From Stegostoma tigrinum (Eukaryota): a stretch of 64,000 nucleotides of DNA. Below, piece by piece: positions 38,601 through 53,600 of this stretch (its first letter is position 1; every line of letters begins with the position of its first letter). The notes under the pieces are model-generated. The model did no database searches and had not been told where the DNA came from. It saw nothing but the letters and a program-made list of their open reading frames with translations. The translations under genes were made by a program, and so were the position numbers. The stretch lies in the NCBI RefSeq assembly GCF_030684315.1, contig NC_081387.1, forward strand, positions 11,324,867 through 11,388,866, in the 5' to 3' direction.

Positions 38601-41600
38601 TTTTCAAAAGCCCTCTCCTTTTATACCTTGGATATGCAGGCTAGGTGGGTTAGCTGTGGGAAATGTAGGGATAGGTTTGGGGGAGGGTTCTGTGTCTGGG
38701 CCTGAGTGAGATGCTCTTCAGAGGGTCCGTGTAGACTTGAATGGGTTGAATGGCCTCTTTCCATACTGTAGGGATTCTATAAGTACTGCCCATTAGACTT
38801 CATTGGAATAAAATATCAGAAGTGACAGGAACTTCTACATTGTACAATTCTTTCATGATTTTATCCATTTGGGGGACAAAAAAAAACAAATAAGCGCTCT
38901 TTTATCAACAGGCCTGGCATCTGGCGCATTGAGGCACAGTTTGACGATTCACCAATGTCCATGGCATCCGCACAATTTGAGGTCAAGGAATTTGGTAATG
39001 TTCATGAATACGTTCACATTTAAAACACATGTATCATTTACAGTTACAGTGTTGGAGTTATGTTTAGGCCCAGAGATGGAAGGGATTCAAATACACAAAA
39101 AATTACCTCGGGTTGTTATTTGAGGCATTTCTTCAGCCCATCATATACCAAGTGCATAAAGGTACATACGCGTTGCATGGTAAAGTCTCCCACAGATTCG
39201 ACTGAATCTCAGACTAACCACAGATGGTCATAAGTGCATTGAAACATTTCACGTCTTAACAAGAAATGTTAACGAGAAAACTAACCACAGATGGTCATAA
39301 GTGCATAGAAACATTTCACATCTTAACAAGAAATGTTAACAAGAAAACTAATTCAAAAATTAGTTTGATATCTGCGAGCACAGTTTTGAACTCTGCAAAT
39401 TACATGAACACAACAAAGATTTTATTTTAAAATAAAGCTTGGTGCTTTTGACATTGTCAGTAATTCTGTACCTTTCTGATAGTCTGTTGAGAAACAAAGT
39501 CTGTAGTACATATTCCAAAACAGTAGGAAAGAGATTAGTAAGTGGGAGAGGGTTGAGAAGAGATTTACCAGGAGGTTGCCAAGGTTCGAGTTATGAAGAA
39601 AGGCTGGATAGACTGGGACTTATTTCACTGAAGGCTTGGAGGTTGAGCGGTGACCTAATAGAAGTTTATATAGTGAGGGGTGTAGTTAGAATTAATGGTA
39701 GTGGTCTTTTCCCTATGATAGGGGATTTCAAGACTAGGGAGCACATTTTTAAGGTGGAGAGGAGAGAGATTTTAAAAAAAGACATGGGGGCAATTTTTTT
39801 ATGCAGAAGGTGGTTCATATGTGGAATTAACTTTCTAATGAAGTGATGGATGTGGGTATAATTACAACGTTTAAAAGATGTTGCACATGAAGAGGAAAGG
39901 TTTGGAGAGATATGGGCCAGGAGCAGGCAGGTGGGACTACTTTAATTTGAGAATATGTTCAGCTTGGGTTGGTTGGATCGAGGGGTTTGCTCCTGTGCTA
40001 TACAGCTTTCTGTAATAGCCAAAAAATTATTGTCTTCGAAATTTGAGTGGGGCTTCGTGACAAGAAAAATGACCGATCAATAATAAATTTAACAGCATAT
40101 TTTCAACAGCATATATATGCCAAGTTTCAGAAAGACAGAACAATGTTAACCCATCAGTGCCTGGGAAGGTATGATTTATATTTAAGCAATGCTTAAAAGC
40201 AAGTGCCATTGATTTCTATATGTTTCTTTTGTTGACAGAAACACCTATATTTGACGTACAATTGCGTGTTCTAAGTTTGAAATTACATAGAATTCTGTAC
40301 TATAATGTGGGTAATTTAGCATATTCTGCCCTCATCTGTCGATCGAACAATACACTCACCTTTTATGGTTTCTTCTATAATAGGGACCACTGACCCAAGT
40401 GGAAGCAAATTCGCATGACACGTGACATGTAGACGTATTATAAGGGTAGAGAATTCATTTTGTAGGCAATATATTAACTGAGAAATTTAAATTCTCACAT
40501 GTTCTCAGAGTTATGAGATGAACATTTCTATAACTCAAGTTGTGTGTTTTCCATTATGTTCATTTACTGTGAATTTACTAAATTTATTTTAGTAAAAAGA
40601 AAAACTGTTTCTTAGTTCTCCCCAGTTTCAGTGTCGTGGTGAATCTGGAACATGCGTTTTACCTGGTAACAAAGGCTGAATTCAAATTTGATATCTCGGC
40701 ACAGTAAGTAAAATGTGCTTGTCTAATTAAATAGACCTATTGAAATGACCAGGCGCAGTTCCCATTATCACTCACACATCCAGATGGTCAGTGTGCTGCC
40801 AAGCTTTCATCTCTATTACTATCAAAAAACATGAAACTAAGATTATTTATAGCTGTTATCTGACATGGGCTGAATCGCCTTTCTCACACTTTATGAAATG
40901 CAATTGCTACATTATAACTTATGGATAAAAAGACTTACTTTAGCACTATCGTATTGCATTCTATACCAGTCACTGAGCTTTTGAAACCATACAGTGGTAG
41001 TCATAGAGTCATAAAACATAGAAACAACCATTCAGCCCACCATCTCTATACCAGCCAACAAATGCAAAACTGTACTAATCTCATCTATCTGTACGTGGTC
41101 CATAGTCTACCGTGCACTGGCATTTTAAGTATTTATCCAGATGGGCTTGTTGGGTCTATTAATATCCCACATCTAATTTAGTATGCTCTCAAGGCACTGA
41201 ATGCCATAGTTAGAGTTAATTTCCAAATAGTTTGAGACTCCTGTAGTCCAAATAACATTCTACAATAAGCTTAATCAAATATTTGTGTTTACTCCGAAGC
41301 GTATGATGAAAAATATGTTCTATGGGTTTCTCATTGGCTGATGTCTATCAGCCAGCCTCAACCATCAAAACTATGAGCAACAATCCAGAAATACACCAAC
41401 ATGACTTCAATTAATTTAATAAATATTGAATTAATTTCAATAACGATTTATGAAAAACTACAAACAATATTTTCTGTATTTTCACTTCAACTTAACTGAG
41501 TTTTTTGGAGGAGCAATGAAGAGGATTGATGAGGGCAGAGTGGTGGACATGATGTGTACTTCAGCAAGGCGTTCACAAAGGTTTCTTACTGTAGATTGGT

Positions 41601-44600
41601 TAGCAAGGTTAGATCACATCTAATACAGGGAGAACTAGCTACTTGGATATCGAACTGGCTCCAAGGAGGAAAAAAAGTGTGACAGTTGTCGGACCCGTTA
41701 TCAGCGGTGTGCCACAAAGATTGGTGCTGGGTCCACTGCTTTTTGTTAATTATATAAATGATTTAGATGTGAACATAGAAGGTATAGTTATTAAGTTTGC
41801 AGGTGACACCAAAATTGGAAGTGTAGTGGACAGCCAAACAGGTTACCTCAGAGTAGAATGGGCTGTTGGGCCAAGGAGTGGCTGATGGAATTTAATTTAG
41901 ATAAATGTGACATGATACATTTTGGAAAAGCAAATCAGGGCAAGCTTTATACACTTAATGGTAAGGTCATAGGAAGTGTTGCTGAACAAAGAGACCTCAG
42001 AGTGAAGGTTCATTGTTCATTGAAAGTGGAGTCATAGTTAGGTAGAATAGTGAAGAATGTATTTGGTAGCCTTGCCTTTATTGGTCAGTGATTGGATTGT
42101 GATTGGAGTTGGGTGGTTATGTTGCACCAGTGCAGGATGCTGATTAGCCCAGTTCTGGAATACCATGTGTAATTCTGGTCTACCTGCTATAGGAAGGATG
42201 TTGTGAAACTAGAAAGGCTTCAGAAAAGATACACAAGGGTGTTGCCAGGGTTGGAGGGTTTGAGCTATGAGGAGAGTGTGAATATGTTGATGCTATTTTC
42301 CTTGGAGTGTTGGAGGCTAAGGGGTGATATTATAGAGGTTTATACAACCATGGGGGGCACAGATAGGGTAAATAGCCAAGGTCTTTTTCCCAGGGTTAGG
42401 GAGTCCAAAACTAGAGGGTATAGGTTTCAGGTTAGAGGGGAAATACTTAAAAGGGGCCGATGTGGCAACATTTTTACACAGAGCGGGGTGCATGAATGGA
42501 ATGAGCTGTCAGAGGAAATGGTGGAGTCCGGTTTAATTACAACATTCAAAAGGCATCTGGATGGGTATATAAATAGGAAGGGCGTAGAAATATATGGGCC
42601 AAATGCCAGCAAACGGGACTGGATTAATTTAAGATATTTGGTTGGTTTGGACTGAAGGGTCTGTTTCCCTCTGTGACTCTATAAGAGGTTTAGTTCCACA
42701 TGTTCAAGCAGCCAAATACCAGGTATTGATCAGTCTGAAGCATTTCAAAAGGCCAGTGGTCTTGTTGCCAACCGATAGGTTTTGAGAGCACTCCAAACTC
42801 TATACCATGATATTTTAAAAGTGCATTGATCCCATACGTAACTGATCTGAAAAATGTTGCATTATTTCACTATCAGGTGGAAACTAGCTCATATCGCTTA
42901 TTCTTTCTGTAGTCTGCAGAGACAAAGTGTAACACAACTAGTTGGCAGTGAGGAGAGAAGGAGGCAGAGACAAGAGTCAGAAACTAAACAACTGAGTTGT
43001 TAGGACCCTGAGGGAGAATGTATTAGTCTTGGAGGCAGTACAAAGTAGGGGTGCAAGAATGATACGTGATCTTCAGGAGCTGTTGTGCAGAGATATTACA
43101 CAAACTAAGCCTATTTTCTTTAGAATTTAGAAGGTTAAGTGGCAATCTGATAGAAGTTTGCAATATATTAACAAGAAAAGACAGGGTAGATAAAGATACA
43201 CTACTTCCATTGGTTGGGGATTCTAGAATTTGGGTACACAGCCTGAAAATTAGGGCCAGGCCTTTCAGGAGAGATGTTGGGAAGCACTTCTACACACTAA
43301 GGGTGGTAGATGTATAGGACTCTCTTCCACAAACAGCATGTGGTGCTGAACAGTTCTTAATTGTAAAACGGATTTGGATAATTTTTTGTCAAGAAACTAT
43401 ATGAAGGGATTTGGGTCAAAGGCAGGTATGTGGAGTTAGGTCACAAATTAGCCATGACCTCACTGAAGAGTGGAACAGAGTCAAAGGGCTGTATGACCTG
43501 AAACTCTTGTGCCTATGATCTTATGTTTCACTACAAGGAAAAGAAATTTAATTTTCACTCAGTACATCTCCCTGTTGATTATGTTTTAAAGACACACGTA
43601 TGGCAAGGGAGTGGAAGGAATGGCATATGTGAGATTTGGAATTATAGACGGCATGCAGAATAAAACCTACATTCGCGGTCTGGAACAGCAACTGCAGGTG
43701 AGAATATTTTAACCTTGGTGCTGACCATTGAGCAGTATGGCATAAACAGCAGAAATCCTGAATTACTCACTGTTCCTGTTGAATCAGCAGTAACATTGCC
43801 AAACTTCATCCCATGTCTGTTTTTCAACTAACAAACAATATCATTTCTGCCTTTGTTACCTGAAGATCCATCTGTACTATTGCCACATTCCACTTCACAC
43901 ATATTTGACGATATTCTAAGCCCATGGCTAAACTTTTCTGCACTCATCTCACCCCTGTGCTTTCTGACCTGTGTTGGTTCTTGATCAAACAAGTGATAGT
44001 CAAATCCTTATCCTTGTTGACAAATCCGGGTGATGTCATTCTGTCATCACCTCCAGCTCCACAACACTGAGATTTCTGGGCTTATTTCTCTTCCCCAGTG
44101 TCTCGACCCTCTGCCTTCTGCCTTGCTTTACTCCTTTAAGACACTCCATTAAAACTAACCCTTTGATCCAACTTTGTTTATGTGTCACTTGGGATGATCC
44201 TGAGAAGCAGTTTGAAATTATTGTAGGTTCACCATAACAAACATTCTTCAGATGCATCACAGCTTGGTATGGCAACTGCTCTGCCCAGGGCCGCAAGAAA
44301 CTACAGAGAGTTGTGAACTCAGTGCGGTCCGTAATGCAAGCCAACCTTCCATCCAGTGACTCCATCTATATTTTTCACTGCCTTTGCAAGGCAGCCAACA
44401 TCATCAAAGACCCCTCTGACCTGGGTTATAATCTCTACCAACCCCTTCTGTGAGCAGAAGCTTAAACTCAAGTACATACAGATTCAAGAACAGCTTCTTC
44501 CCTGTTGTTATTAGACTGCTCTAATTTTTAATTTAATGTTGATCTCGCTTCCTGTGCAACTTCTCTGTGGCCATAACATTGTATTCCTCTCTCTGTTCTC

Positions 44601-47600
44601 TTACCCTAGTGCACTTTGTATGGTATGATCTGCCCATACTGCACGCAAAACCAAACTTTTCACTGTATCTAGGTGAATGTGATGACAATAAAACAAATCA
44701 AAAATGTTTCTCCTGGGATAAAGGTGGTGCACACATTGGACTTGTTGCCATTAAGTTAAGAAGAAAATGTTGCCAAATCACCATGCCTTAGCCATTTTCA
44801 AATCTCACAAACTCAGAAGTAGGAGACAGTAATTAACACAAAGGTGATGGAGAGGGTATGTATAGTATTGTTGGCATAATGATCAAGAAAGAGAGTTCGC
44901 CTGGCAAAACTATGTGTTTTCAGAGCCTGTGTGAAAAACACAGAATTGCAGCATTTAACTTTCAGGTCAATTGCTTTCATGGTGGCTAACAACATGATTT
45001 TTCATATGCCCCCCACCCACACCAAAAACAAAAAACCTAATTTTGACATTTTCCAAAGTTAGAAATGTATTAGATGTTTCACACCTCGGATACAATAGTT
45101 TTGACATTTGTGCAAGGTTATAACAGAAGATAAATGATTGTAGACCCAGTATAACAAATGCTGAAGTCAGTGGACTTCAATGGAATTGATTAAGTACTTT
45201 GACCAGCTGATATCCCCTTTTCCTTGCAAACCGATGACGGTTACAATCTGATACATGATTTGATATGTATTGTTAGCAGCATGGGTTCATGTCCATAGTT
45301 ATATGCTGTAAAAATTGCAAGGTATTTCAGCTAGGTGATGGGATGGAAGGGGAAGTTGAGGGAAAATAAATGCCCTGAAGCATAACCTGAAAATATAAAT
45401 TGCTCCTCATTCCTAGATCAAGCGTGGATCCGTTGAATCTTCACTGATAACTGCAACTCTGGAAAAAAAACTCAAAAATTTGGGAAGAATGACTGACTTT
45501 GTGGGGTACCATCTATACATGGCAGTAACAGTTTTTGAAACAGCCAGTAAGTTCACACATTGTAGCTCGATCCGAACTCAAATGTGTTTTCATCAATATT
45601 TTTCAGTTGTGGGCGAAGATGAGCTTGTATGATATCTCTTACTTTACCTCTGATTACTAATCGATGTTCTGTTCTTGTTCCAATCATAATCCAACATCCT
45701 GTATATTTGGCTAATTCTGCCGAATGCTAAATGTTTGGAAGTGCAGTATTCAGGAGAACAATAAGAATTCCTCAGGGCCTCACATCCTTTAGAAAAGTAC
45801 ATGGATGACCACTCAAAATGACATAACGTTGAAGGCTACAGGTCAAATGGTGGGATGTGGGATTACGTCAGAGAAACTCGAAGGGCTGAGGAGCCTCTGT
45901 ATGACCCTGTCACAAAATGAGACTTACATGTTGTGTGGCCTCCCTTCCACAAGTGTATGGAGGGTTAGGAAGCAAGAGGAGGTGGTTATCCATAAGCAGG
46001 GAAGAACCTGTCACCGTACAGATGGAGATAGTAGGAACTGCCAATGCTGGAGAATCTGGGACAACAAGGTGTATAGAGCTGGATGAACACAGCAGGTCAA
46101 GCAGCATCAGAGAGCAGGAAAGCTGACGTTTCGGGTCTGGACCTTTCTTCAGAAATGGGGGAGAGGAAGGGGATTCTATTTATTTCAGACAATCATCCCT
46201 TTTCACTTGGCCTGCTGTGTTCATCCAGCTCTACACCTTCTTGGTCCGACAGATGGAGTTTGCTGATCTGAAGGAGGTAGGCAAAGTGTAAGACACTAGA
46301 TGCAATAATGCCTCAGTTATCGCATGCACTAGCTTTTGTTGCTTATGATGTACAGTGAGATGAGGCAGGTTGAATCTTAGGCCAATAATTTGTATCAGAG
46401 AGTGAGACTCAGATTCTTGTGACCCTGCGGTCAGCACAAAAGCAAGATGTATATCTTAGACATCAGATGTGTTGGACAATTGTTGTGCAGGCAAGTAGTT
46501 GAACTGGTTTTCTAGGAAGGAGGTTGACAAAGTTTTGCAAAATGAGATGAAATAAGATAAGTCATTGGGACATGAGATACAAGATGCAAAGAGGACTTTA
46601 GGATAAATGTTAGAGAAGAAATAACAGGCAGCAGACAGGGAAGAAATCTAATGTCCACTAAGATGGATTTGTAGAGCTTGTGACTTGATTGGCAGTGCAT
46701 GGTGAAAACATTTAGCAAAATATGAACTCAAATTAATGAAATGATGATGGACTAGCGCCAATCCCTGGCTTAAGGCAAGTGGACAAAACTGTATTTAATA
46801 TCACTTGTTGGACCACATTCAGGGCAAATGGGGAATCAAATCAAGGAGATGTTGGTACTATTTCTCAAACGTACTGCTGTAGCACTAGTATAATAGTTTT
46901 AAAGAAATCTATTTGGCTCACATTCGTGAATGGCAGATAAGCCATTTCACTCTTGAGTGTAGCCAATTGGCCACTAAAGAGTGAGCAGAAGTAGGAAGAT
47001 CAACTTTTCGGGTAAATTATTGAAAAATGCAAGTGCATTTGTCCCGGTCATAATAGGCAATTCCAGCTCATCTAAAACGGACAGGAAAAATAGCAGCATA
47101 AATGACAAAATAGGCGTGGGAAATAGGGTGGAAATGTGTGCAAGAGATCTTTCCGGGTCAGCATGTTTCCAAACAAAGGAAAGATCGTTTCCTCTGGAGA
47201 TTCTCCCAGCACTGCCATCACATTTCTCCTAACTCTGAAACTCCTTTCTAAGACGCATCAGTAAGATACATCTGACAGGAACACGGGAACGCTTGTAGGC
47301 CATTCAGCCCATCACAGCTGCCACTTGAAACAGTCATGACTATGCAAACATTCTAATAGCTTTAGTATCTCCAACACTATTCTGTTAATCGTCTACACCA
47401 TTGATAACCAAACAAAAATGTTAACCTCTCATAAAGCAATACTCATTAACTGAGACTTCACTGTCATCTGGGGTCAAGTTTTCCAAGATTCTGAGTAAAA
47501 ATAATCAGCCTGTTCCTAAAAGATATCATCTTAATTTTTAAATTGTGACTTCCTGGTTCCAGACTCCCAAACCAGGGGGAAAAATCTTACCTGTATCCAC

Positions 47601-50600
47601 CCTGCCTATCCATTTAAGTAGTATGCAAGTTACAACGAGATCACCTCTAACTCTTAAAAAAATGCTGGCCTTGTTTGTCCAATCGTCATGCATAGGGTAA
47701 TGCCAGAAACCCAGGAGCAAGTCTGGACCTTCTTTCACAATAATATCGTTCCTGGGATTGTTTTTAAAATAATCCACAGTCACCAACAGACTAGCTGTAT
47801 TTATAACAATTTTTTAAAAATTATTACACTATCTACCAAAGTTGGTTATATATACGGACAGATTGTCCAAAATATACACTGACAGACTGTGTTTTAATGG
47901 AAGGGAAAACTGCAAAATTTCTGCAGAATCATTATTCTGTATTATTCTGTACCTCCCGCCCTGTATATAGAAGAGAAAGAATCTTATAAAGTTTCCCTTG
48001 AATTATATTAATTATTAACAGTGCGTCAATTGCACTCTCCCATCAAAAGTTGCAGACTGTGTTAGTTCATCACAAGTTCGACAAAATCGAACAATAATTC
48101 AAACTAAGTAAAACACCTTCACAAGATCAGCAGTAGGCTGGCTGGTTGATGGGCAGCACCGTGGTTCAGTGGTTAGTACTGCTCCCTCACACCATCAAGG
48201 GTCTGAGTTTGATTTCAGCCTTGGATGACTGTGTGGAGTTTGTATGTTCTCCCTGTATCTGTGTGGGTTTCTGCTGGGTGCTCTGGTCATTCTCCAACAG
48301 TTCAAAAATACGCAGGTTAGGTGGGCCAGCCCTATTAAATTTCCCATAACGTTCAAGGATCTGTAGGTTAGGTGCATTAGCTACTGGAAATGCAGAGTTT
48401 TGGGGATGTGCCTGGGAGGGATGCTGTCTGGGAGGTTAGTGAGGACTTATGAGGCAGGTTGTGTATTGGTGGGGGGGGGGGGGTGGTCTATGATATAATG
48501 GATACATCCTTTTACTTCCCTGCAGGTGGGGAAATGGAAGAGTCCGAAGTCAAAAATGTTAAGCTTGTTTCCTCGCCGTACGTAATCGATTTGTCAAAAA
48601 CAAGAGACTACTTCATACCACGATTTCCATTCTATGTGCTGGTAAGTTTCATTCAGTGCTATGAAACAGCACGGAACTGGCCTCGTAACATGGAACTCTT
48701 CATTAATGTCTGCGATTTTTAGACAGTAATGTGGCCAAGGTAACAGGTAGAAAACAGACACACGCAAATATGCAGCCACGAATATCAGTGAGAAACACAT
48801 TTGTAGGTGTGGCACAAAGGTCATGGCAGTTTGACTGTTATCTGCACAGTGTACATATTACCATGAAATTATCATCTGTTATTCACCAACTGCAAATAGT
48901 TTGTCAATTTACTGTTAGACGTGCAGATTAGAGACGAATGTTATCTGTTAACCAAGGACAGGCCTCAACAGCTTTCTGTATGTTATTAGAGAACAAAGAA
49001 GGACATTTATTAAGGGCCCATTCGGATCAGCCACTATTAGCCAATAGTATTTTGACAGTCAAGTGTGCAGGTAGTGGATGTTCATGACTGTTAATGTTAA
49101 GAACAAAGTCCAACATGGTCAAGGGAAGGAACTAAATTAACTAAAATGGACAACTGGCCAATGCTATTCCTCTGTCTGCATCAGATTGAAAATGCATTTC
49201 CAGAAATTATGCCTATCCAAAAGAAAGATTGGCACCAGAGTACAGTTTTCAACATTTGTATGTTTCCAGAAACAGGCAGATTTGTACACAACAGTTGTCT
49301 CAAGGTGTAAGTCCAACTGATGTAGTGCTCAGTATTTTATAAGTAACCTGCATAATTGATGGCGCACATCTCCACTCTCCGCACCCTCAACACACCACCG
49401 CCACCCCCTCCCCCCCACCGCCCCCATCCAGTTCCAGATTGTGGCAGGGGCTTAATGGATCTTCAGGCAAGCGAAATTGAGCTGAATCAGTTGCTCAGTG
49501 AAGACAAATTCTTAAATCAGTTGCTTAGCGCCTGAGTGATGCTTTCTTAGCTGTTGTTTCATTTTGCAGGCCAAGGTAACATACCCTGATGGAACACCTG
49601 CCTCGGGTGTTCCTGTTAGGTTGGAAGGAACAATGCCAAAAAATACAATGGAAAATGGACAGGCCGAGTTCGTAATACAAAAACTGGCTGACAAGGAAGA
49701 TTCTTTCAACATTAAGGTGAGAGTGAATGTTTCTACTTCACGCTCGTGCTCACAAGGTTTATAGACATTCAGTGAAATTTGTCAGTGTGTGTCGTTGGAA
49801 AATATATTCCACACGACTGTCACCAATAAAATCTTACAGGTTGACATTTGCAAAGATGGCATTGAATATGTAGTGCATGTATTTCCTTATTGTAGAGGTG
49901 CAATGTGGCTCAGTTGCATCGAGAAAGGAGTTACGGTGAAATTCGTATCTTTGTTGGCAAATTGTTTTTTCACAAGTGGGAAGAGCTAATTCAGTTCGCT
50001 GGATTGCAAAAGGATGGCTCAGGATCTGCCCTTTCAATGGCACATCATGCTATCTCCTGCGTCTTGTCACCTCCCTTTGCCAAATCCCTCCAGCATAAGT
50101 TGCTTTGTTGTTACTCTCTTGCTCACACAGTAATAGGATGAGAGTGGTATTTGCATTTCAACAGTACTTCTTGAAACCTCTATCCCAGGACATTGTTCAA
50201 TGTCAGTGCTTTCACTCTGATGTTATTCCCATGCTACACCTTTTGTATCATCTCCATCCCTACCTCATACTACCTTCCTTTGCAAGCTCTAAACTCCATT
50301 CCTGCCCAGCCATGTCAATCACAAATGCCAACCAGTACCTCCCATGCATCCTATCGCTCCCGCAACTCAGCCTCGATATGCTGCCAACCCATCCGACCCA
50401 AACGGCTGCCCTGTTTCACCCAAGCCACCCCAACCCGTTCTCAGTCCCATTCTGTCTGCAGGCCCAACATTCCACACTCCCAAGTTGCCCAGGCTCCTGT
50501 GCATGAGGCCCCAAAGCACATAATTCTCAATAGGACAGAGTCCTCTTCTACAACTCCTTCCTCCATGCCATCTTCCATTCCTTACCTTCTTTCACCTCTG

Positions 50601-53600
50601 ATTTCAGTCCTTGTCTAACCACACTGGAGCCATCCATCTTTTCAACCCTTGGCAGCCATGGTACCTTTACTGTTGGGCTCTCACTTCTTTTTGTTATTTG
50701 TTTGACCCTCAAATTCCTACATGACACGACTGCCATAATCAATACCAGTGACTGTCAGCAACTATACATGCCTCATGCTCTCCATTTGATGTAAATCTAG
50801 GCAGTTATTCCTCAAATCATCGAGTGCTATCTATTCTTTCCCCCAAAAGTACATTTTATTCAAAAAAAATTCTATTAGTGATTGAGATTAGAAAAGTGCA
50901 GTTTACAGAAGGTCGACAAGATTAGTTCAAGAGATGAAAGGCTTTTCTTGTGAAGAGAAATTGGCAAGCTCAAGCCCACATTCCCTAGCGTTTAACAGAA
51001 TGAGAGGAGATCTAATTGAGTTACATAAGATGCTAAAGGGAGTTGACAAAGCAAATGGATGTTACCCCTTGTAGGGCTATCTGAAATGAAAAGTAATTGT
51101 TTAAAGTTAAGGATTGGCAGATTTAAATCAGAAATGAGGGGAAATTCGTTCTCTCAAAGAGTCAGGAACGTGTGGAATGCACTACCTCAGAGTATGGCGG
51201 ATCTTGGGACATTGTGTAAGTTCAAGGAGTAGGCAGATGTTTAATCAATAATGGGTTGAAGAGTTACGGAGACCGCGCAGGAAAACGGAGTTGAGACCTA
51301 GATGTGATCAGCTTGGTTATAATGAATGTTGAGTTATGATTGAAGGGATGATTTGCCTACTCCTGCTCGAAATTCTTGTGCTCGGGTGTGAAGTGGATGT
51401 TACATAACATAGAGAAAAGGTATATCTCTTTCAATTCGGTACGTGTCAGCTTGAACTGCCTCACCAATGCTAAAATTGGAGTTTATGATCACATTTTTTA
51501 CTTGTTCATGGGAGGCAATGATTTTGGGGCAGGACAGCTTTTATTATACAAATGCCGATTGCCTTTGAGAAGATAACATGAGCTACCTTCTTGGACTCTG
51601 CCATTGAATGATATAAGTACACCCACTTGCAGGTACACAGGGAATTCCAGAACTTTGACTCTGATTTTCACAGTAAAGGAGCAGAGATTAGTTACACATA
51701 GGTATAATGTGTCAGGAGAAGTCATGGGTGGCGATATTTCCTTCTACATTCCTCGCTTTGGAAGGTGCTGCCAAAGAAGCGTTGGTGAGTGGCTCCAATA
51801 GACAATACGTAGAAACATAAAATCCCTACAGTGTGAAAGCAAGCCATTCCACCCATCGAGCCCCATTGCTGCCCTTGTGTGTTGTTGTTAAAGGAAATGT
51901 ACACTGATGTTATGAAAGGTGTACCAGTCAAGCAGGCAACTTTGTTTATTCTCGCTTATTCACGGGATGAGGGCAGCATTAATCGACAAGAGTGCAGTTA
52001 AAAGTTAATTATTTTGCTGTGGGTCTGGCATCACATGCTGTGTGGAGTTTGCACATTCTCTCCGTGTCTGCATGGGTTTCCTTCGGGTGCTCTGTTTTCC
52101 TTCCACAGTCTAAAAGTCTACAGGACAGGTGGATTGGCCATGCTAAATTATCCACTGTATCCAGGGAAATTTAGGTTAGATGAGTTAGACGTGGGAAATG
52201 TAGGGGAATGGGTCTGGATGGGATGCTCTTCAGAGGATCAGTGTGGACATTTTGGGCTGAATGGCCTATTTCCACACTGTATGGATTCAATGAATCTATG
52301 AAGCCTATTAACAGACAGGTAAGATCTGGAATGTTGACTATTTTGAGAGCACATTATCGAACATGATGTTTGTAATACATTGGTCACCGAAGACCTATCA
52401 GACTGTAGGGCTGCTCTCTCACTAGACTGACGGTGACTTTAACCTGACGGTCACACCACTCAGGCAAGAGTAGAGTCATACAGCTTAGATAAGGACCCTT
52501 CAGTCCAACCAGTCCAAGCCAACCATGTTCCCAAACTGAACTAGCCCTATCTGCCTTGTGCCATATCCCTCCCAACCTTTCCTAATCATGAACTTCTCCA
52601 AATGTCTTTTAAGCATTGTAACTGTACCCACATCCACCACTTCCTCATTGCACACATCCCACACTCTCTGTGCAAAAAAAGAAGTTGTCCCTCATGTCCT
52701 TTTTAAATCTTTCTCCGCCCACCTTAAAAATATCCCTGCTAGACTTGAACTACAATACCCCCAAAGGAAAAGAACCCAGCTATTCCCCTTATCGATGCCT
52801 CCCATCATTTTATAATTCTGTATAAGGTCAGCCCTCAGTCTCCAACACTCCAAGCTATCCAGCCAAAACCTTCCATTGTGTAACTGAGTGCAGTTGTTTT
52901 TATTCACCCAAGAGGCAGCATTTATTGCCTTTTCCTAATTGCTAAAAAGGCAAATAAGAGTCATTTGAGAAGGAGAGTCCTTCTCAGTAACCTCCGCAGG
53001 CGTGGGGTCTGAAATCCAGTCACCCTGCATCAGAAACCAAATGACAAAACAGCTGAGCTGACCGAAACAACCCCTCCCCGACAAGCCAAAATGTCAGGCA
53101 ATGATTAACCAAGTTCTTCAGGGAGAAATGTCCATTTACCGATCGTATAAATAGCTACTGAGTGATTAGAGCTTGAATAATGTAATGTGTGTCTTCTTGT
53201 GCTAGGTGATAGCTGGGGATGGAGCAGAAACCACTGAAGCGAACAAAAATGTGAGCAGTTACCATTCCAACAACAAGAGATATCTCAACATCAATGTGCC
53301 ACGAGATGTTATAGATCCAAGTAGCTCAATTTTGGCAGAAGTACAATCAGACTCTACTCCAGACAGTCAAGATAGCAAACATTACTACTACATTGTGAGT
53401 ACATTCTTACAGTGATTAAACAAGGATTCAGGTGGCATGGCAGAATAGTCATTATCATGACTGACAGCAAACCAATCAACTGAGACTTTTAATTGCTCCT
53501 TTCTTGACAAAGGAGATATCAGCCACTACAGGCACAGATCCATGCCTACACTTGCAAAATGGAATCAAATATGAATTGATATATACACAGTGACCATGCT

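Noticed and set aside
45547-48525. Endogenous retrovirus in C4 intron 9, as in human long C4 genes
   Set aside because: No LTR pair or gag/pol remnants; only small repeats
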